64,000 bases of DNA. Origin: the human T2T-CHM13v2.0 reference genome, Homo sapiens. The stretch's first letter is position 1. Every line of letters begins with the position of its first letter. Positions 12,790 to 26,420 of this stretch are shown here, piece by piece. Made by a program: the position numbers and the translations under genes. The notes under the pieces are model-generated. The model ran no database searches. It was not told the origin of the DNA and saw only the letters and a program-made list of their open reading frames with translations. The stretch lies in assembly GCF_009914755.1 (NCBI RefSeq), contig NC_060946.1. The stretch is one strand, 5' to 3'.

Positions 12790-14930
12790 CCCTGGGACCC
12801 ATCTGAGTCTCTCCCCTGGAAATTGGAGGACCTGAAAGAAAACCCTTGGAGGCAGCAGGCAGTGGAGCTGAGGCCTTGAGTGTAGCTCGTTCCCTACCGC
12901 TGAGAGCCCTGAGGCTTTCTGGGTCCCTGGTCTTCCCTAAGCCTGTTTTTAAAAAATGTGCACGCACGCCCACCCACCCAAGGATTTCTTTAATTCTGTG
13001 AGCTTTCTCTCTGGATCATTCAAATATATGCCTCTACTCTTGAGGTAGCGGGAAGATTTTTTAAGATTTTTCATTTGTTTTTGTTTTTGCATTTGCTTTT
13101 GTCTTGGTTTTGCTTTGCTATGTTCTACTTGCATCCAAAGGGTCCTACCTAATAGAAAAATTGGCACCAAAGGGTTGGTTGCAGACCACAAAGCCTCAGG
13201 ATAATTGGTACAGGTAGAATCATGTTTTGTGTTGAGAGGTGGACAGAGCAATAGTGAACCCTTCTCACCCCCCTCATTCTGGGGAGCACCTGCTCTCAGC
13301 TTGTGGAAAGGGGACAAGGAATGCTGGGACATGAAGCAGGACCACTCACTTTGGACAAAGGCCTTTGACATTTCTCCTGAAGGCGTCCAATAAATTGTGG
13401 CTGTTGATATTTTTGGCTGACTCTCCTATGAAAAACAAATTCAGAAACCGTTTCTATAGGTTTCTGGTTACATGATGAATTTCATCCTCACTAGATCTTC
13501 TAAGCGCACATGAGGGCCCTGATGGGGACAGAGTGGTGTGCTAGTACCTCTCCTGCTGTAACAAAGCCCTACAGACACAGTGACTTGAACCAACACAAAG
13601 TTGTTCTCTTCCAGTAGAGTTCTAAAATCAAGGCATGGGTAGAGCTGCATTCCTTGGGGAGGCTCTGGGAGAAGCAATTCCCTTACCTTTTCCAGCTTTT
13701 AGAGGCACCTGCTGTCCTCAGCTCCTGGCTTCTCCCTTCGTCTTCAAGCCAGCCTTGTAGCATCCTCTGATCTCTCTCAGTTTCTCTCCCCTTCTATCAT
13801 CTCATCTCCTTTTCTCCCTCTCACCCTACTGTCTCCGCCTTATAAGGACCCTTGTGGATACCTTGGGCCCACCCAGATAATCGCAGATAACCTCTCATCT
13901 CCAGATCCTTGACTGGATCACACCTGTGAGGTCCCTTTTATGATGGAAGGTGACATAATCACAAGTCCTATGATTAGGACACCCACATCTGTCAGGGGCT
14001 GTTATTTAGCCTAACACAAGATGTATTCAGAAAATTGCAATAGGGATACCTGAGGGGAATTGAAGGATCCCAACTCCAAGCCGCATCTAAGGATGCTTCC
14101 GAGGTGCAGCTCCCGCTGGAGGACTCTGCTCCATCTCTCTTCCTGTCTGCCGCTGCCTGCCTCTCTGTTTCTAGACAGCCAGTGTTCAAGTCAGTATGGC
14201 CTTGAGAGTGAACTGCAGAATGGAAAGGAGTGAGATGCTGCAGCAGGAGAAAGAGCTCGCTGTCAAAGCTCCGAAGAGCTGAAGACCATTTATTTGCATG
14301 GTGGGGTCTGACGGAGGTCGGCAAGGAAGAGGAATCATCATTTGGATTCCTTGCCATGGTCATCCTCAGCTGGCACGGTTTGCTCCAGCAGCAGGCTGGG
14401 ATTCCAGCTGTGCCCAGTGTTAGCCATGCCACCCTCAACTAAATGCTGATCACTTCTTTGTGACATAAAAAGCCAGAAATTAGTTGGCATGATGAAGAAG
14501 AAGGAGGACTCAAAGTGTGTAGGAGGCTGAAATGCTAGATTTGATTTCTCAAGCACTTCCTGCCCACACTGTTTCCTGCCAGGGCCCAAAAGATTTCCCG
14601 CTCCTTTAACGAGAAGAGTCAATGGATAACCAGGAACTCTCTATAATAGGGGAGGGGCTGGGACTCTGGTCTCTTTAGGGTGGGAGAAATTCCAAGAGGC
14701 CGACTGTAGGGGAGGCAGGTAACTGCCAGAAGAAAAGAGAGTGCGGGCGCCAGGTCACGCACCAGGAGGGCGCATGATCATGGCTCAAGGGACATTTGAT
14801 AGGAACAAGGTTCCAAAATAGAGCTGGAAGACAGTCCACTGACTTTACAAAACCCCCAATCTGGTGAGTGGATACCTGTCACAGGTCATCAGGCTGGATA
14901 GTCCCTGCTTGTCACCCAATTCTTAGGCCT
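12790..14930 (+). repeat. Segmental duplication copy A (paralog of 61690-63865)
   Basis: Continuous colinear similarity including a shared MLT1 insertion and unique flanks. Confidence 0.92.
13545..14017 (-). mobile_element. MLT1-type MaLR LTR
   Basis: gctgtaacaaa...ccttataaggacccttgtg...gggcccacccagataatc...cctaacaca. Confidence 0.8.
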
Positions 14931-14959
14931 GGGTCAGAGGGGGAGATTATAGGGCACAA

Positions 14960-15530
14960 GTAATTAGTGAATATCTATATTCGTTTACCTTTGATTAAGT
15001 CCATCAGGGTCCCACCCTCACCTGGTCATCATTTTTCAAATTCCTGGGTGGATAACTGGAAAGAATACTCTTGGAAGCTTCAGATTGTTCACCCAGACCC
15101 ACGGACGGGGACTATTTCAGTGACATACGCCAGTGGAGGCCATTGGTTTTACATACCTGCCTAAATATTTTACTCAAAGTCAACACCAACTTCATGGAGG
15201 AGTTACAGAGGCAGTTACAGAGATTTCTGCCATCATCAAGATTTAAAGGGAGCAGAAGCAGTGATTCCTGTGACTCACCTGTTCACCTCTCCAGTGTGGC
15301 CAGTCGTCAACAGGGAAACAACTGTTTGTTTTCCAACCGCAGAACAAAGTAGGAAGCTCATCAATGGAAGTTGCCATTCCTAAGTTGTTCTTGTTAATGA
15401 AGCAAATAAACACAGCCTGCAGCTCTCAGTCTGTATCAATCAGGCTTCTTGGTCGAGCAGAGGTACCAACTCTGTTTTCTTAGGGCAGAAAACAACATGA
15501 AATTCACTGGAATGATACCAGAAGAACCCC
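14960..15530 (+). mobile_element. Highly decayed ERVL pro/RT remnant
   Basis: Broken frames give VTEISAII..LKGAEAVIPVTHLFTSPVWPV, similar to ERV-L [31 protein letters not shown]. Confidence 0.65.
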
Positions 15531-16486
15531 ACGTGTGTAGGAGGCTGGAAATTGGCTTGGAAGATAAATAGAAGCCAAGACAGTGAGACGGTATCGAAGG
15601 CTGCGAGCACAAGAGCCCTGCTTTGTGAGGAGTGACACGGCCACAGCGCTGCCCCGCCACCTGCGGACGTCATCTCTGCTGGTGCAGGACTCGGTCGTCC
15701 CCGTCTCTATTCCCCTCCCGGGCAGTCCTGCTGCTCTCACTGAGAATGGATTCTAAGCACCCTGGGCTTTGCCTCACTTGCTCCAGATTCAGGATCCCAT
15801 GTGGAAGCAGCCAATTAGCCAGCCTAGGTCTTGTCCAGAAGCCCTGGATGCCAGGGTGGGGGTGGACAGAGAGTCATCTATTCTCTTGGGCATTACATAG
15901 AAGGTGGGACCAGTCTTTCTCTATGACTCCACATGCTGGGAAACCCCACAAAACTAGGAAGAGGCGAATAGATGCCAATCAGCTCCCTCCCAGGAAACTG
16001 GGAGTTCATTCCACCCAGAGGCCTAAAATGTTGACATGCCGTCTTTGAGTGTAGAGGGAAGGAAGCTAACTCCAATTCGCAAAATGACTAAATAGAGATA
16101 AATGACTGACAGCTCAGAAAAGACCATGAGGGCTGAATTCAGGTGCTTACACAGAGTCATGAGTACTCAGCATCTCTCAAATTGTGCTGTGCTTTCCGCC
16201 TGGCCCACCTGCTCCCCCCAGGTCTGGCCTGCTGTGGAACGCCTCTCAAGGACGGTTCCTGAAGAGCAATGGAGCACACCTCACAGTCCAGGCTGCCTGG
16301 AAGGAGCTGCATCCTCGGACCAGGATCTGCATTGTTTCCTGGGTAACAACTAAGGAATTAGCTGGAATTTCAACATTTTAGAAGGAATAAATCTGGAGGC
16401 TTGGTGACAAAGATTTTTAGGGAAGAGGAACATACATAGAGCTTTCAGAACAACGGTAGAAGTAAAAAAAAATCTGTCCCATGTGA

Positions 16487-16834
<348 letters not shown>

Positions 16835-19333
16835 TAATAAACAAGGGAAGAAGTCACTCTTTAAGGCTCAAATCTCCTCTGTTCCCCAGGCAGCCTGACA
16901 TTTTCAGAATGGGCTCATTAACCAACTTGCCTAATGTGGAGCTCTATGTAACCACACAACACGGACCCCACTCATCAAGGCTGACCACTTGGCACCCAGT
17001 GAATCTCAACCCCGGAAATGACAGCCTTAGGTCCCATGGAAATGGCCCAAAGGGGACTCAGCTCCATATCAGAGGCTGGGAGCTGCCCTTAGGATGTGAT
17101 ATGTTTTGAATCCATACCCAGAATTTTCCCCATTTCCTGTAATAGCCAGAATTCATGGAGCTGGGCAGTCAGAGGTTAAGATGAGGGTGATAGCTCTATG
17201 GTTACCCACAATAAACCACTTTCAAAAATTTTGTTTATGATACATACTCCTAACTCACAGACTTTTAGGTCTGGAAGTTTCAGTATCTAAGGTTGACAAA
17301 AGTTGTTTCAGCAGAAACCATAGCTGGCTTCTCATGCTCCCTGATGTAGGGATAGCAATGACGTCACTGGGTTGGATATAATCATGCATCATGTTCCTCC
17401 AGGGAAGCTCATGTTGTTATTACACAGCAGGACAGGAGGAATTGAGGGATCCCCTAGGATTGCTCCTTGTAATACTCTAAAGTGTTAGAGTATTAGTGTA
17501 AATGTGAATAGGAAATTTCACCAACTTACTGAGGCCAGACCATCAAGGAGCTTAGACACCACGAGAATGACTTTGCCCATAAGTAAGAGGAACATTGAGT
17601 GGAACAATTCAAGACTTCTGATGGTGGCAGCAATGGTCAGTAGTGGCTGTAGCCTTGACCGTACCTCTTTATTTTCTACAAATATACACACACAAAAATT
17701 CTGAGACAGAAGCTGCCAATGGACCAAAAGAAAAATTGATCGTGTGCTGAGGCCCTCCTCCTGTGACATAACTTCAGCATGCAGAAGGTGGAGATGCTGT
17801 GTGTGGCTCTCACTGGGGAAGAGGCAAGTGCATTTGCCTTTTTCCTTGGGATGGCTGGGTTCATAGCAGATAAGGAGAGTTCTTTTTGTTTGTATGAGAA
17901 GAAGAGTGTGTGTGCAGTAGCAAGTGATTGACTGTATACAATGAGCACAAATTCAGGTGGCTGTTTGGCCAGAGGCTTCCCATTAGGGTTTGTGTCTCTG
18001 TTACCCATCCCCATTCCTGATACCATAGCCTCACTGATTAGTTCAAGAAGAGTCACTAACCCAAGCTATTCTGTCTACTGAGTATGTGAAACTTTAATCA
18101 GAGACACTAGGAATCAAAGTGTGTGGAGCTAAGCCAGGTGCAGGCAGAGCCCTGAAAGGGCAAACCATATATTCCTGATGTTGGTAATGGTCTGCTCCTG
18201 TCCTTCCAAATTCTGTAGATTTTGTTCTTCCTTCCATCCTCTGACCTGCTCTAGTTTTCATCCAATGAATCTTCTATTTTGTTTAAGACAGATAGTTTCT
18301 GTTTCTGTTGCTTGCAATTGAAAAATTTTTAAACAATACTAGCAGTACAGTGGAATTGCATCAAATGCAGGTAGCCTGATGGCATTTCAACTCTAAGTGT
18401 CAGGGCAAATGCTGGCTGGATCACTGAAGAAGTAAATTACTCAGTGCCAGAAACATTCAAAGCTTAAGTGAAATGTATGAAAAGAATGGGAATTATCCAG
18501 GAATTGATGAACAATTGACAGACAAATGAAACACAATGTTCTGGCGTTAGGCAAGTCGGTGGCCGTTGCTCTGTTGACTTCTTCAGGAAGAAATAGATGA
18601 ATCAACTGAAGGTCAGGGAAGCCTTGGCTGATGGAGAGTTACAGGGACTGAGGCAAGTGTTCTGCAGGATGCTACATAAAAAAGGACTAAGTAGGCCCTG
18701 GGTGCACTTTACGAGTGACTTAGGAGAGGTTCTGGGGTGATTTTGTGCATTCTGTATCTCTTGCCCCTGCTCTGGGCTCCAGCTGAGGCGCCCAGCAGTT
18801 CTATATTCTATGCATGGAAATACAGATAATTAATGTCCACTGGGGCAAGGCCATGGGGGACAGGAGCAGTGGTTACAGGCCTCCCTCTCTCCTCCCTGTA
18901 GAGGAACATTCTGAAGACGCTCCTTGAAGACTCCTCAGGAGGTCTCCAGTCGCCCACATGGGTGACCCTATCAAGAATTTCTCCCGGCATCAGCCTTCTG
19001 TCCTTCTCTGTGTCACTCCTCCCAGTACCCCAGTCCTGCTCCTAGAATCACTTCCCAAACAAATCCTCTGCCTGGGAGCCTTGCCTAGGGCTCTCCCTTC
19101 AGGGGAACTCAGGCCACAGCAGCCTACATTAGACAGCATGAAGGCTCTGGGCTTTTGTGCTAAGAGTAATAGGAAGCCATTGAAGACATGGAAGCATGGG
19201 CTTGAAGAAATCTATGTTCTTACGGGGCAAATTGGCCCAGTGTGGAGGATGGGCAGGGATAGTGGCAAGGGCTGTATAACAGGGAAGACCATTCTGGAAG
19301 CTTTTGCAGGAGTCTGGGTGAAATGAGAGGGCT

Positions 19334-19395
19334 GACTGGATGAGGGTGTTTGCAGACTGGATGAGGGTGTTTGCAGACTGGATGAGGGTGTTTGC
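19334..19395 (+). repeat. 3 x 21 bp tandem repeat gactggatgagggtgtttgca
   Basis: Three consecutive near-identical copies. Confidence 0.95.
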
Positions 19396-19964
19396 TGTCT
19401 GGCTATCTCTCTCTGTTCCTCTATTTCTCATGGACTTTCTCTCAACCTACACACAGGCCCCTCTGATTTTAGTCAGCCTTGTGTGACCCATGTCATTCGT
19501 GGGCCCTGGCTGCTAGATGGGGACCATGCCTGCACTTGGGCCAAGCCAGATGTCTACAAGCTTTCCCTGAGTGCCTCACAGGCCACTGGGCACTGGGGTC
19601 GCCCAGAAATGACCGACCAGAAGAACAAGCAGAAGGGGCCATGGAGGCCTAGCTCCCTGAGTCCCTGGAAGAAGGATCATGAGGAAGTGAAGTCAGGCAC
19701 CGAGAGCCCAGGGGAGCCCATCCATCAGCACCACAAAGGCACAGGCATAGATCAGTGTTGCTTGAACCCAGATCTCCAGAACACAAGAGGAGAGAGCCAG
19801 GTGGACCTGAGATATCATCTTGTCCAGCCCCTCTTTCCCAGCTGATGAGGAAACTGAGGCTCAGAGAGGCGGGGTCTCTTGACTGCAGGCTGGTTCATCT
19901 CCTCAATGCACCACAAAGTTCCTTGATTGGTTCCTGGCATCTGGTTTTGCTTTTCTCTTCCTTG

Positions 19965-20270
19965 TTTTTTTTTGGGGGGGGGACGCGGGGGATGGAGTCT
20001 CGCTCTGTCTCCCAGACTGGAGTGCATTGGCGCCATCTCGGCTCACTGCAACCTCCTCCTCTTGAGTTCAAGCAATCCGCCTGCCTCAGCCTCCTTAGTA
20101 GCTAAGATTACAGGCACCCACCACCATGCCCAGCTAATTTTTGTATTTTTAGTAGAGAAGGGGTTTCACTGTGTTGTCCTGGCTGGTCTCCAACTACTGA
20201 CCTCAGGTGATCCACCCGCCTCGGCCTCCCAAAGTGCCAGGATTACAGGCCTGAGCCACCGTGCCCAGCC
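19965..20270 (-). mobile_element. Alu
   Basis: Consensus match. Confidence 0.95.
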
Positions 20271-20430
20271 TCCTTTTATTTTTCTTCACAAATCAATGAC
20301 TTTTCCAATACAGAATTTGGAGTTTCATTGGAATGTCATCGTTCCCTCAGTGTATCCTGGCCCCAAGCAGGGCTGACATTTGTCAAGTCCTCCTGCTGTC
20401 TGCTGACATCATCACCATCACCTTTACCAC

Positions 20431-20819
20431 TGTTCAGACAAAAACTTCAGACAGGAACTTGCTCCCAAAGCGAGAAAGGAGCCAGGAGACCAAGGAATGA
20501 CTCGAATAAGTCCAGCTTGGTGAGTAGGTGAGTTTATTAGGACTTACACACAGGGCACTCAGCAGGATGGCTCTAGAGATCCGGCCTCCCCCAGTCTCTA
20601 AACTGCTTTTCAGTTAATTTTCTGTCTCTTTGCCTGCTGTATATGAGTAATGAGACTGTTTTTCTTGGTAGGTTCTCGCATACTCTCCAGGATGTTTGGG
20701 TTTTTAGAGACACCTGGTCCTCAGCTGGGGACAATGGCCATGGCTCATTACCTGGCCTTCAGGGTTCAAGCAGGGGACATATACCCCTAAATAACCTAAA
20801 GGGGATCCATCACACTACA
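20431..20819 (-). mobile_element. Solo LTR (LTR47-like) overlapping the APOL3 3' end
   Basis: TG...CA termini, perfect 5-bp TSD accac (20426-20430 / 20820-20824), internal AATAAA. Family name from memory. Confidence 0.85.
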
Positions 20820-21387
20820 ACCACCACCTCCACCGCCATCATCAAGAAGCCACTGGCTGACTGAGATACACTTCCAGGAGGACAAGACAGAGTGGATGCT
20901 GGAAAGACAGGGCAGGGGACCATCACCAGGGAAAGACTTCATTCTTGGAAGGACATCGAACCGGGGGCAGGTCGGTAGTGGAGCCGCTGTTTCTTCTGCT
21001 GTATCCAAAAGTTCTAACTCTTCGGCTTTCTGCATTTTCAGCTCTTTCTTTTCCTGGCCTTCTCATTGCTGGTTCCTGCACACCTCCCCTCTATTCCTCC
21101 CCCCAATATATTCGTTAGTCTAAAGGAAATTTCTTCTTCCTATTCCCCACACTCTCCAGTCCCCTCTCCTCCCTTATTCCAGGCTCCAGCATTCCTGCCT
21201 TCTCCTTGGTGCACTTGCCATCTGCATTAACCCCTCCCCTGCTGTGCTCAGCTACAGAAATGCCAAAGTCACTAACACTCAGCTCCATAAACTTTACCTT
21301 GCCCTCTTTATCCCCCTAATAAAATGCCTGCATTTTGTCGTGGCCTGTGTATGGCTCACCTCCCCTGCTGGCTGCACTGGTCTGGGG
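20518..21387 (-). other. APOL3: APOL3 3' UTR
   Basis: Runs from the stop codon to AATAAA (plus-strand tttatt, 20533-20538). The cleavage site is estimated. Confidence 0.75.
20533..20538 (-). terminator. Polyadenylation signal AATAAA for APOL3, inside an LTR
   Basis: Canonical AATAAA ~850 nt downstream of the stop on the minus strand. Confidence 0.75.
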
Positions 21388-22246
21388 TCAGTGGGTATGG
21401 CATGGATTCAGACGCTGATAGATCTGAGTGAGCTCCATTAGATTCTCCTCCAGCTCCTGAGCCTGCCGCCTCAGCTCCTCAGCAGATGCAGACTTTGCCC
21501 CCTCATGCAAGTGCTTTGACTCGTATACAAGGTTGACCACATCCAGTGCAAGGAAGATGCCTGAAGTGGTCGCACTCAGGATCCGGGCTCCTCTGCTCAC
21601 TGCCCGGGTGGTGCCTGCAATCGTTCTCTCTGCTTGACCTCCACTTCCAGCTGAGATTCGCCAGGTGGTCACAGGGAGTCGGGCCCTGGCTCTGGCTTGC
21701 CTGATGGCACGGATTTCACTCCCAATGGTTTGTGTGGCTTCGTAATAATTATTAAGAAGGGAAAGTAAGTTGGGTGTGATGTCACGCATAACTTCCTTAA
21801 ATACCTTCAATCGGTCAATGCTGGTTGCAGTCAGCCTGCTGGCTTCAGCTTCTGCTGATGATGTGTATGAGTGCTCCACGATGCTGGTGGTGATCCCAGT
21901 CACAGCAGACGCTGCTCCCAGCCCTACCCCAGCTGCAGTAAGGGCCAGACTCGTCCCTGCTGTAAATGGTGCCAAAACAAGACCAGCAAGGGACATGATG
22001 CCAGAGGCAGCGCCAGTGGAGCTGGACACCACATTGGAGATGGTGCAGCCTCTGTGGACCTCTTCAATACCATTTGCAAGGGCACGAAGCTTTTCTATGG
22101 ACTCCTGGATCTTCCTCTTGACTTGGGGAAACTCTTTCAAAAACCATTCCCTAAACTGCTCATCTTTCTGCTGCACATATTCGTCCTCAATAGCTGCATA
22201 TGTTCTAAGCTTCTTCAGAGCTTCGTAGAGAGCATCTGCCTCATCC
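21388..22246 (-). CDS. APOL3: APOL3 last coding exon (DEADALYEALKK...QIYQRLNPCHTH*), apolipoprotein L domain
   Basis: Acceptor GGTACAG|GGAT at 22246. ORF 21388..22176 translates to the APOL3 sequence, including LAPFTAG and the leucine-zipper-like C-terminus. Confidence 0.98.
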
Positions 22247-22934
22247 CTGTACCAATAAAGGACAGATGATTAAGAAAGGCAGCTTACTTATCTGTAAAAT
22301 CAGCTCAATAAGATCTGTTCTACATAAATCACAGAGCTATTACTATGAGTCAAATGGAAATAAAGCTTTAAATTTTAAATGGAAAAATTTAAAATAATTT
22401 TTCCAAGGTTAAACATGTTTTGTATATCATAGATATGCCACAGTACTTATTCTGTATGGGAATAAAAAACTTAAAGTCATCTTCAGATGCTCTTTAGTGG
22501 TAGGTATTCGATAAAGATGGCTCCTCAAGCAAGAGAGGTCAACATCATCCCTCCAATAGTGTGTGGAGAGGGGAAATTTTGTAGATGAACAAAGAGAAGT
22601 GGGTTCGGAGCAAAAAGACCTTCATTCAGAGGATCATAGAACAGTGAAGGATTAACTTTATTAGAAGAGAGGTCGTTCTTTTGTCTTTGGGCCCTGGGAA
22701 GGGATCTCTGGGGCCCTGGAATGTCCTGCCTGGTAGGAACATCTTTGTTTCCCTGGTGGTTTGGCTACAGCACAGTATAGCAATGTTATGGGTGATGGGT
22801 TTTGGGGCTATTACGTATCTTTTCTGCCTTCCAAAGGAACTGGGAACTAAGGGTGTTAGACCTCAGGGAGGGGCTGGGGACTCCATGTCAGCCATCAGGA
22901 CAGCTTGTGATCCAGCCCCAGAAAGAGCTCTGTA

Positions 22935-23660
22935 CATTGAGGCATAGGTTGAGAAAGACTTTCTCCTTGGCCAAACTCCAGTCAGGCTGCTCTGAGCCTT
23001 TTCTCCTCTAGGCGCTGACCTTCCATGCCCATCCCGTGCTTGCTGGGCCTGTACTGCCCCAGTTCAGCAAGAATCCCCCAAGGCAGTTAGGGAGGGTCCT
23101 CCCCACTTGCTGTCTGAGCATTCTTGCTGTCTGATCACGGTCTTCACCCGCTCCTTACCTGCCTTTAGTTGAGCAGCTTGTTAGGCCAGTTTAGCAGAAA
23201 CCCCCCATTCTGGTGTCTCCAGTCAGAACTGGTCCATCTCCCACTCCTCACCCTGGTGTTGGCTGTGACTCCCCCTCTGTCTTTACTATATTGGGAGCTG
23301 GGCTCAGTCTCCCTCCCCTGTAACAACAATCCTGAATAAAGGCTTCCTGATCTAATGTGATTCACAGGAATTTTTCCTTAACTGGGTGAGCTTCTCTGGT
23401 TGGCAACACCCCATGTGTTTTGTCCCACATTCACACAGGAGAACACAGCGTCCTGAGGACAACGAAGCTTCACACCTGAAACCCTCCCAGACTCTGCCCT
23501 GTGTGTCTCTTCCTTAGGCTGATTTTAATCTGTGTTCTTTCCCTGTGATAAACCACAATCGTGCAATAACAGTTATCAGTGAGTTACGTAAGTCTTTGTA
23601 GTGAATTATCAAACCTGAGTGGGGGCTTAAGAAACACCTTCAAATCTGCAACTGGTGTCA
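22935..23660 (+). mobile_element. Adjacent old LTR fragments (MER31-like, then MER21-like)
   Basis: ggccaaactccagtcaggct...aataaa, followed by gagcttctctggttggcaacac...ttatcaaacctgag. Confidence 0.55.
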
Positions 23661-24916
23661 GAAAGAAGGGTGCCTTCAGACATTGCATTTTGACTAACTC
23701 TGAGTCCTTAAGCTATCAAATAAAACCTCAGACTGGAAGAGATCACCTTGCCTGGCATGTTCTCTCTTCCAATGCCACATGCCCTTTGATCTTCTGACTG
23801 AAGGCCACTGGGTCCAGCCACTGCCCCCTTTGACTGAAAAGTGAAAGGCCTGGCTATTAGTCCTGGCTGCACATGAACTCTCAAGCCACTTGACTGCCTC
23901 CTGACCTGGCACCTCCAAGCTTCAGGGTCTCACTGTCACATGTCGCCAGCCAAACTAATGCCTTAGCAGGTGACAGCTTCACCTGTGTGCATGCCAATGC
24001 CATGTGCAATTTCATGGAACCTCTTATGGACTCATGAGACTTTGAAAATCATCTCTATAAATCACTAATGCTGAAAAGACCTGCATTTGGACAAGATGAT
24101 AGAGAAAGTGTTTTTCTCTTTGGTTGGGGACTTGTGAGTCTCCTGAGAACCCTTCAAATTACCCAGTTGGCAGACACTTGTTCCAACTCTCCAAGCTGGC
24201 CCGAAGAAACACTTCCTCTACTCTATGTAGAACAGAAGAGGGTCCCAAATGGCAGTTCAGAACGCCCCAGTTCCCAGGCATGCTGTCAGGGAAACAGTCA
24301 CCCATGGCCCACTATGCCCATCAGTGATGGGATCAAATCAGGGAGGGAAGAAATATCCCTCTCCCACTCACTGGTCCTCTGCAAGTCCATGGCCACGTTA
24401 CATTTCATGCCCTCAGTGCCTCCCTCTTCTCACCCTACTCCCAGCCTTGGTGCCCGAGCCTTCCTGCTGCTCCTCCAACCCAGGCCCACCCCTGCCCCAT
24501 CCTGACCCCTGGCTCTGCCCCTGAAACGTCTCTCTGGGTCTTTGGATGGCATCATGCTACTTGGTTCCCCACCTTTGACCTGCTGTTCATTCTCAGGCTT
24601 TAACCACATGCCCATCTGATTGAACTACTATTAGCATTGGAGAGATGGCAGGTCCCAGTCTCCAAGACATAAAACAACAGCCCCAGAGCTGTGCAGGGAC
24701 AGAGCCAAGATCCACCCCCAGCTCTGTCCAACTCCATTCCAGCCTCTCTGTGTTCTGGGTCAGCAGGAGGATCCTGCTGTGTTTGTGCAGTTCCTCAGAG
24801 GTGGAAGAAAAGGGCCCCGGACAGCATCTCCAGGAACACACATTGATCAGGTCAAGATTTTTCTGGCTTTTTTCAAAGAAAGTCCTGCTGGGCATCCAAC
24901 TCTAAGAAAAACACTT

Positions 24917-25309
<393 letters not shown>

Positions 25310-25660
25310 TCAGTCATTATGCTAAATACTTTACATGCATTAGCTTATTTTTCTCACAATAAAGCTCAATGGATGAAGAAAGGAAGGCAGAAAGTAGTCA
25401 AGTAGCTTGCAAAGCTCCCATCACCAGTAGATGGCAGAACTGACCCTGCCCTTGTGGGCTTCCTCTCCCCTCAGCCTGAGGTCACTCACTGCCAGCGAAG
25501 GACTTGGAGGAAATATTCCTCCTGGACTGCTGAGAGGGACATTCTCAAGTTCAGCAGAGGGGGCTGCCTGGAGGAGGTGTGCCTGCCAGAGAAAACTAGC
25601 CCGGGGAGATCAGGATGGCATAGCCGGGGCGCCCCATGGAGGTAACCCCACGGAGGTTAC

Positions 25661-25787
25661 CTGGGCAATTCAGCCGCAGTCACGAATCTCTTCCAGGCTT
25701 CATTGTTAGTCAGCAGGATTTGCAGATGCACTGGGCTGACTCTCTCCCGGAAGTATTTGGTGGCCTCTTCAGTAAAGCGTTTCTTTT
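25661..25787 (-). CDS. APOL3: APOL3 internal coding exon (EKKRFTEEATKYFRERVSPVHLQILLTNNEAWKRFVTAAELPR)
   Basis: Acceptor CCAAGTAG|AAAAG and donor CCCAG|GTAACC. The 127-nt exon keeps frame with both neighbours. Confidence 0.96.
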
Positions 25788-25918
25788 CTACTTGGAAACA
25801 AAAAGCATAAGATTGGAAGAAAGTGTGCTACAGCCTAAATGGCATTGAGAATAAGGTGGTTCGATGTTAATCCTCCTCAACCAGCTGTCACATGGGGTAT
25901 TTTTGATGGAGGCATCAG

Positions 25919-26195
25919 TGCTATAGACTGAGTTGTGTGCCCTCCAAATTCATATACTGAGACCCTAAACCCCAGTAACTATATTTGGAGATTGAGCCTT
26001 TAAGGAAGTCATTAATTTAAAGAGAGTCGTAAGGGTAGGGCCCTAATCCTACAGGACTGGTGTCTAGTTAAAAGAAAAAAAAGAGGCAGAAGATCTCTCT
26101 CTCTCTCCTCACCCCACCCCGCCCTCGCTGTCTCTCTTGCCTTCCAGCCCTCTCTCCCTGTCTCTCTTTCTCTCTCTCTCTCTCTCTCACACACT

Positions 26196-26228
<33 letters not shown>

Positions 26229-26420
26229 CCCCCACACTGGGAAGGCCATGTGAGGACACAGCCCTGAGGCAGCCTCTGTAAGCCAGGAGCAGAGCCCTCC
26301 CCAGACATCAACCCTGCTGGCACCTTCACCTTGGACTTTTTGCCTCCAGAACTGTGAGAAAATACATCAGTTGTTGGAGCCACCCAGCCTGTGGCGTTTT
26401 ACTAAGGCATCCTGAGAAGA
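25919..26420 (+). mobile_element. MLT1A/B-type MaLR LTR with an internal (CT)n(CA)n tract
   Basis: tgctatagactgagttgtgtgccctccaaattcatat...ttggactttttgcctccagaactgtgaga. Confidence 0.8.

Noticed and set aside
17359-17366. Second TGACGTCA palindrome
   Set aside because: Isolated, in CpG-poor repeat-like sequence, with no supporting context.
21770-22269. Plus-strand ORFs of 152 and 132 aa
   Set aside because: Antisense shadows of the APOL3 coding exon.
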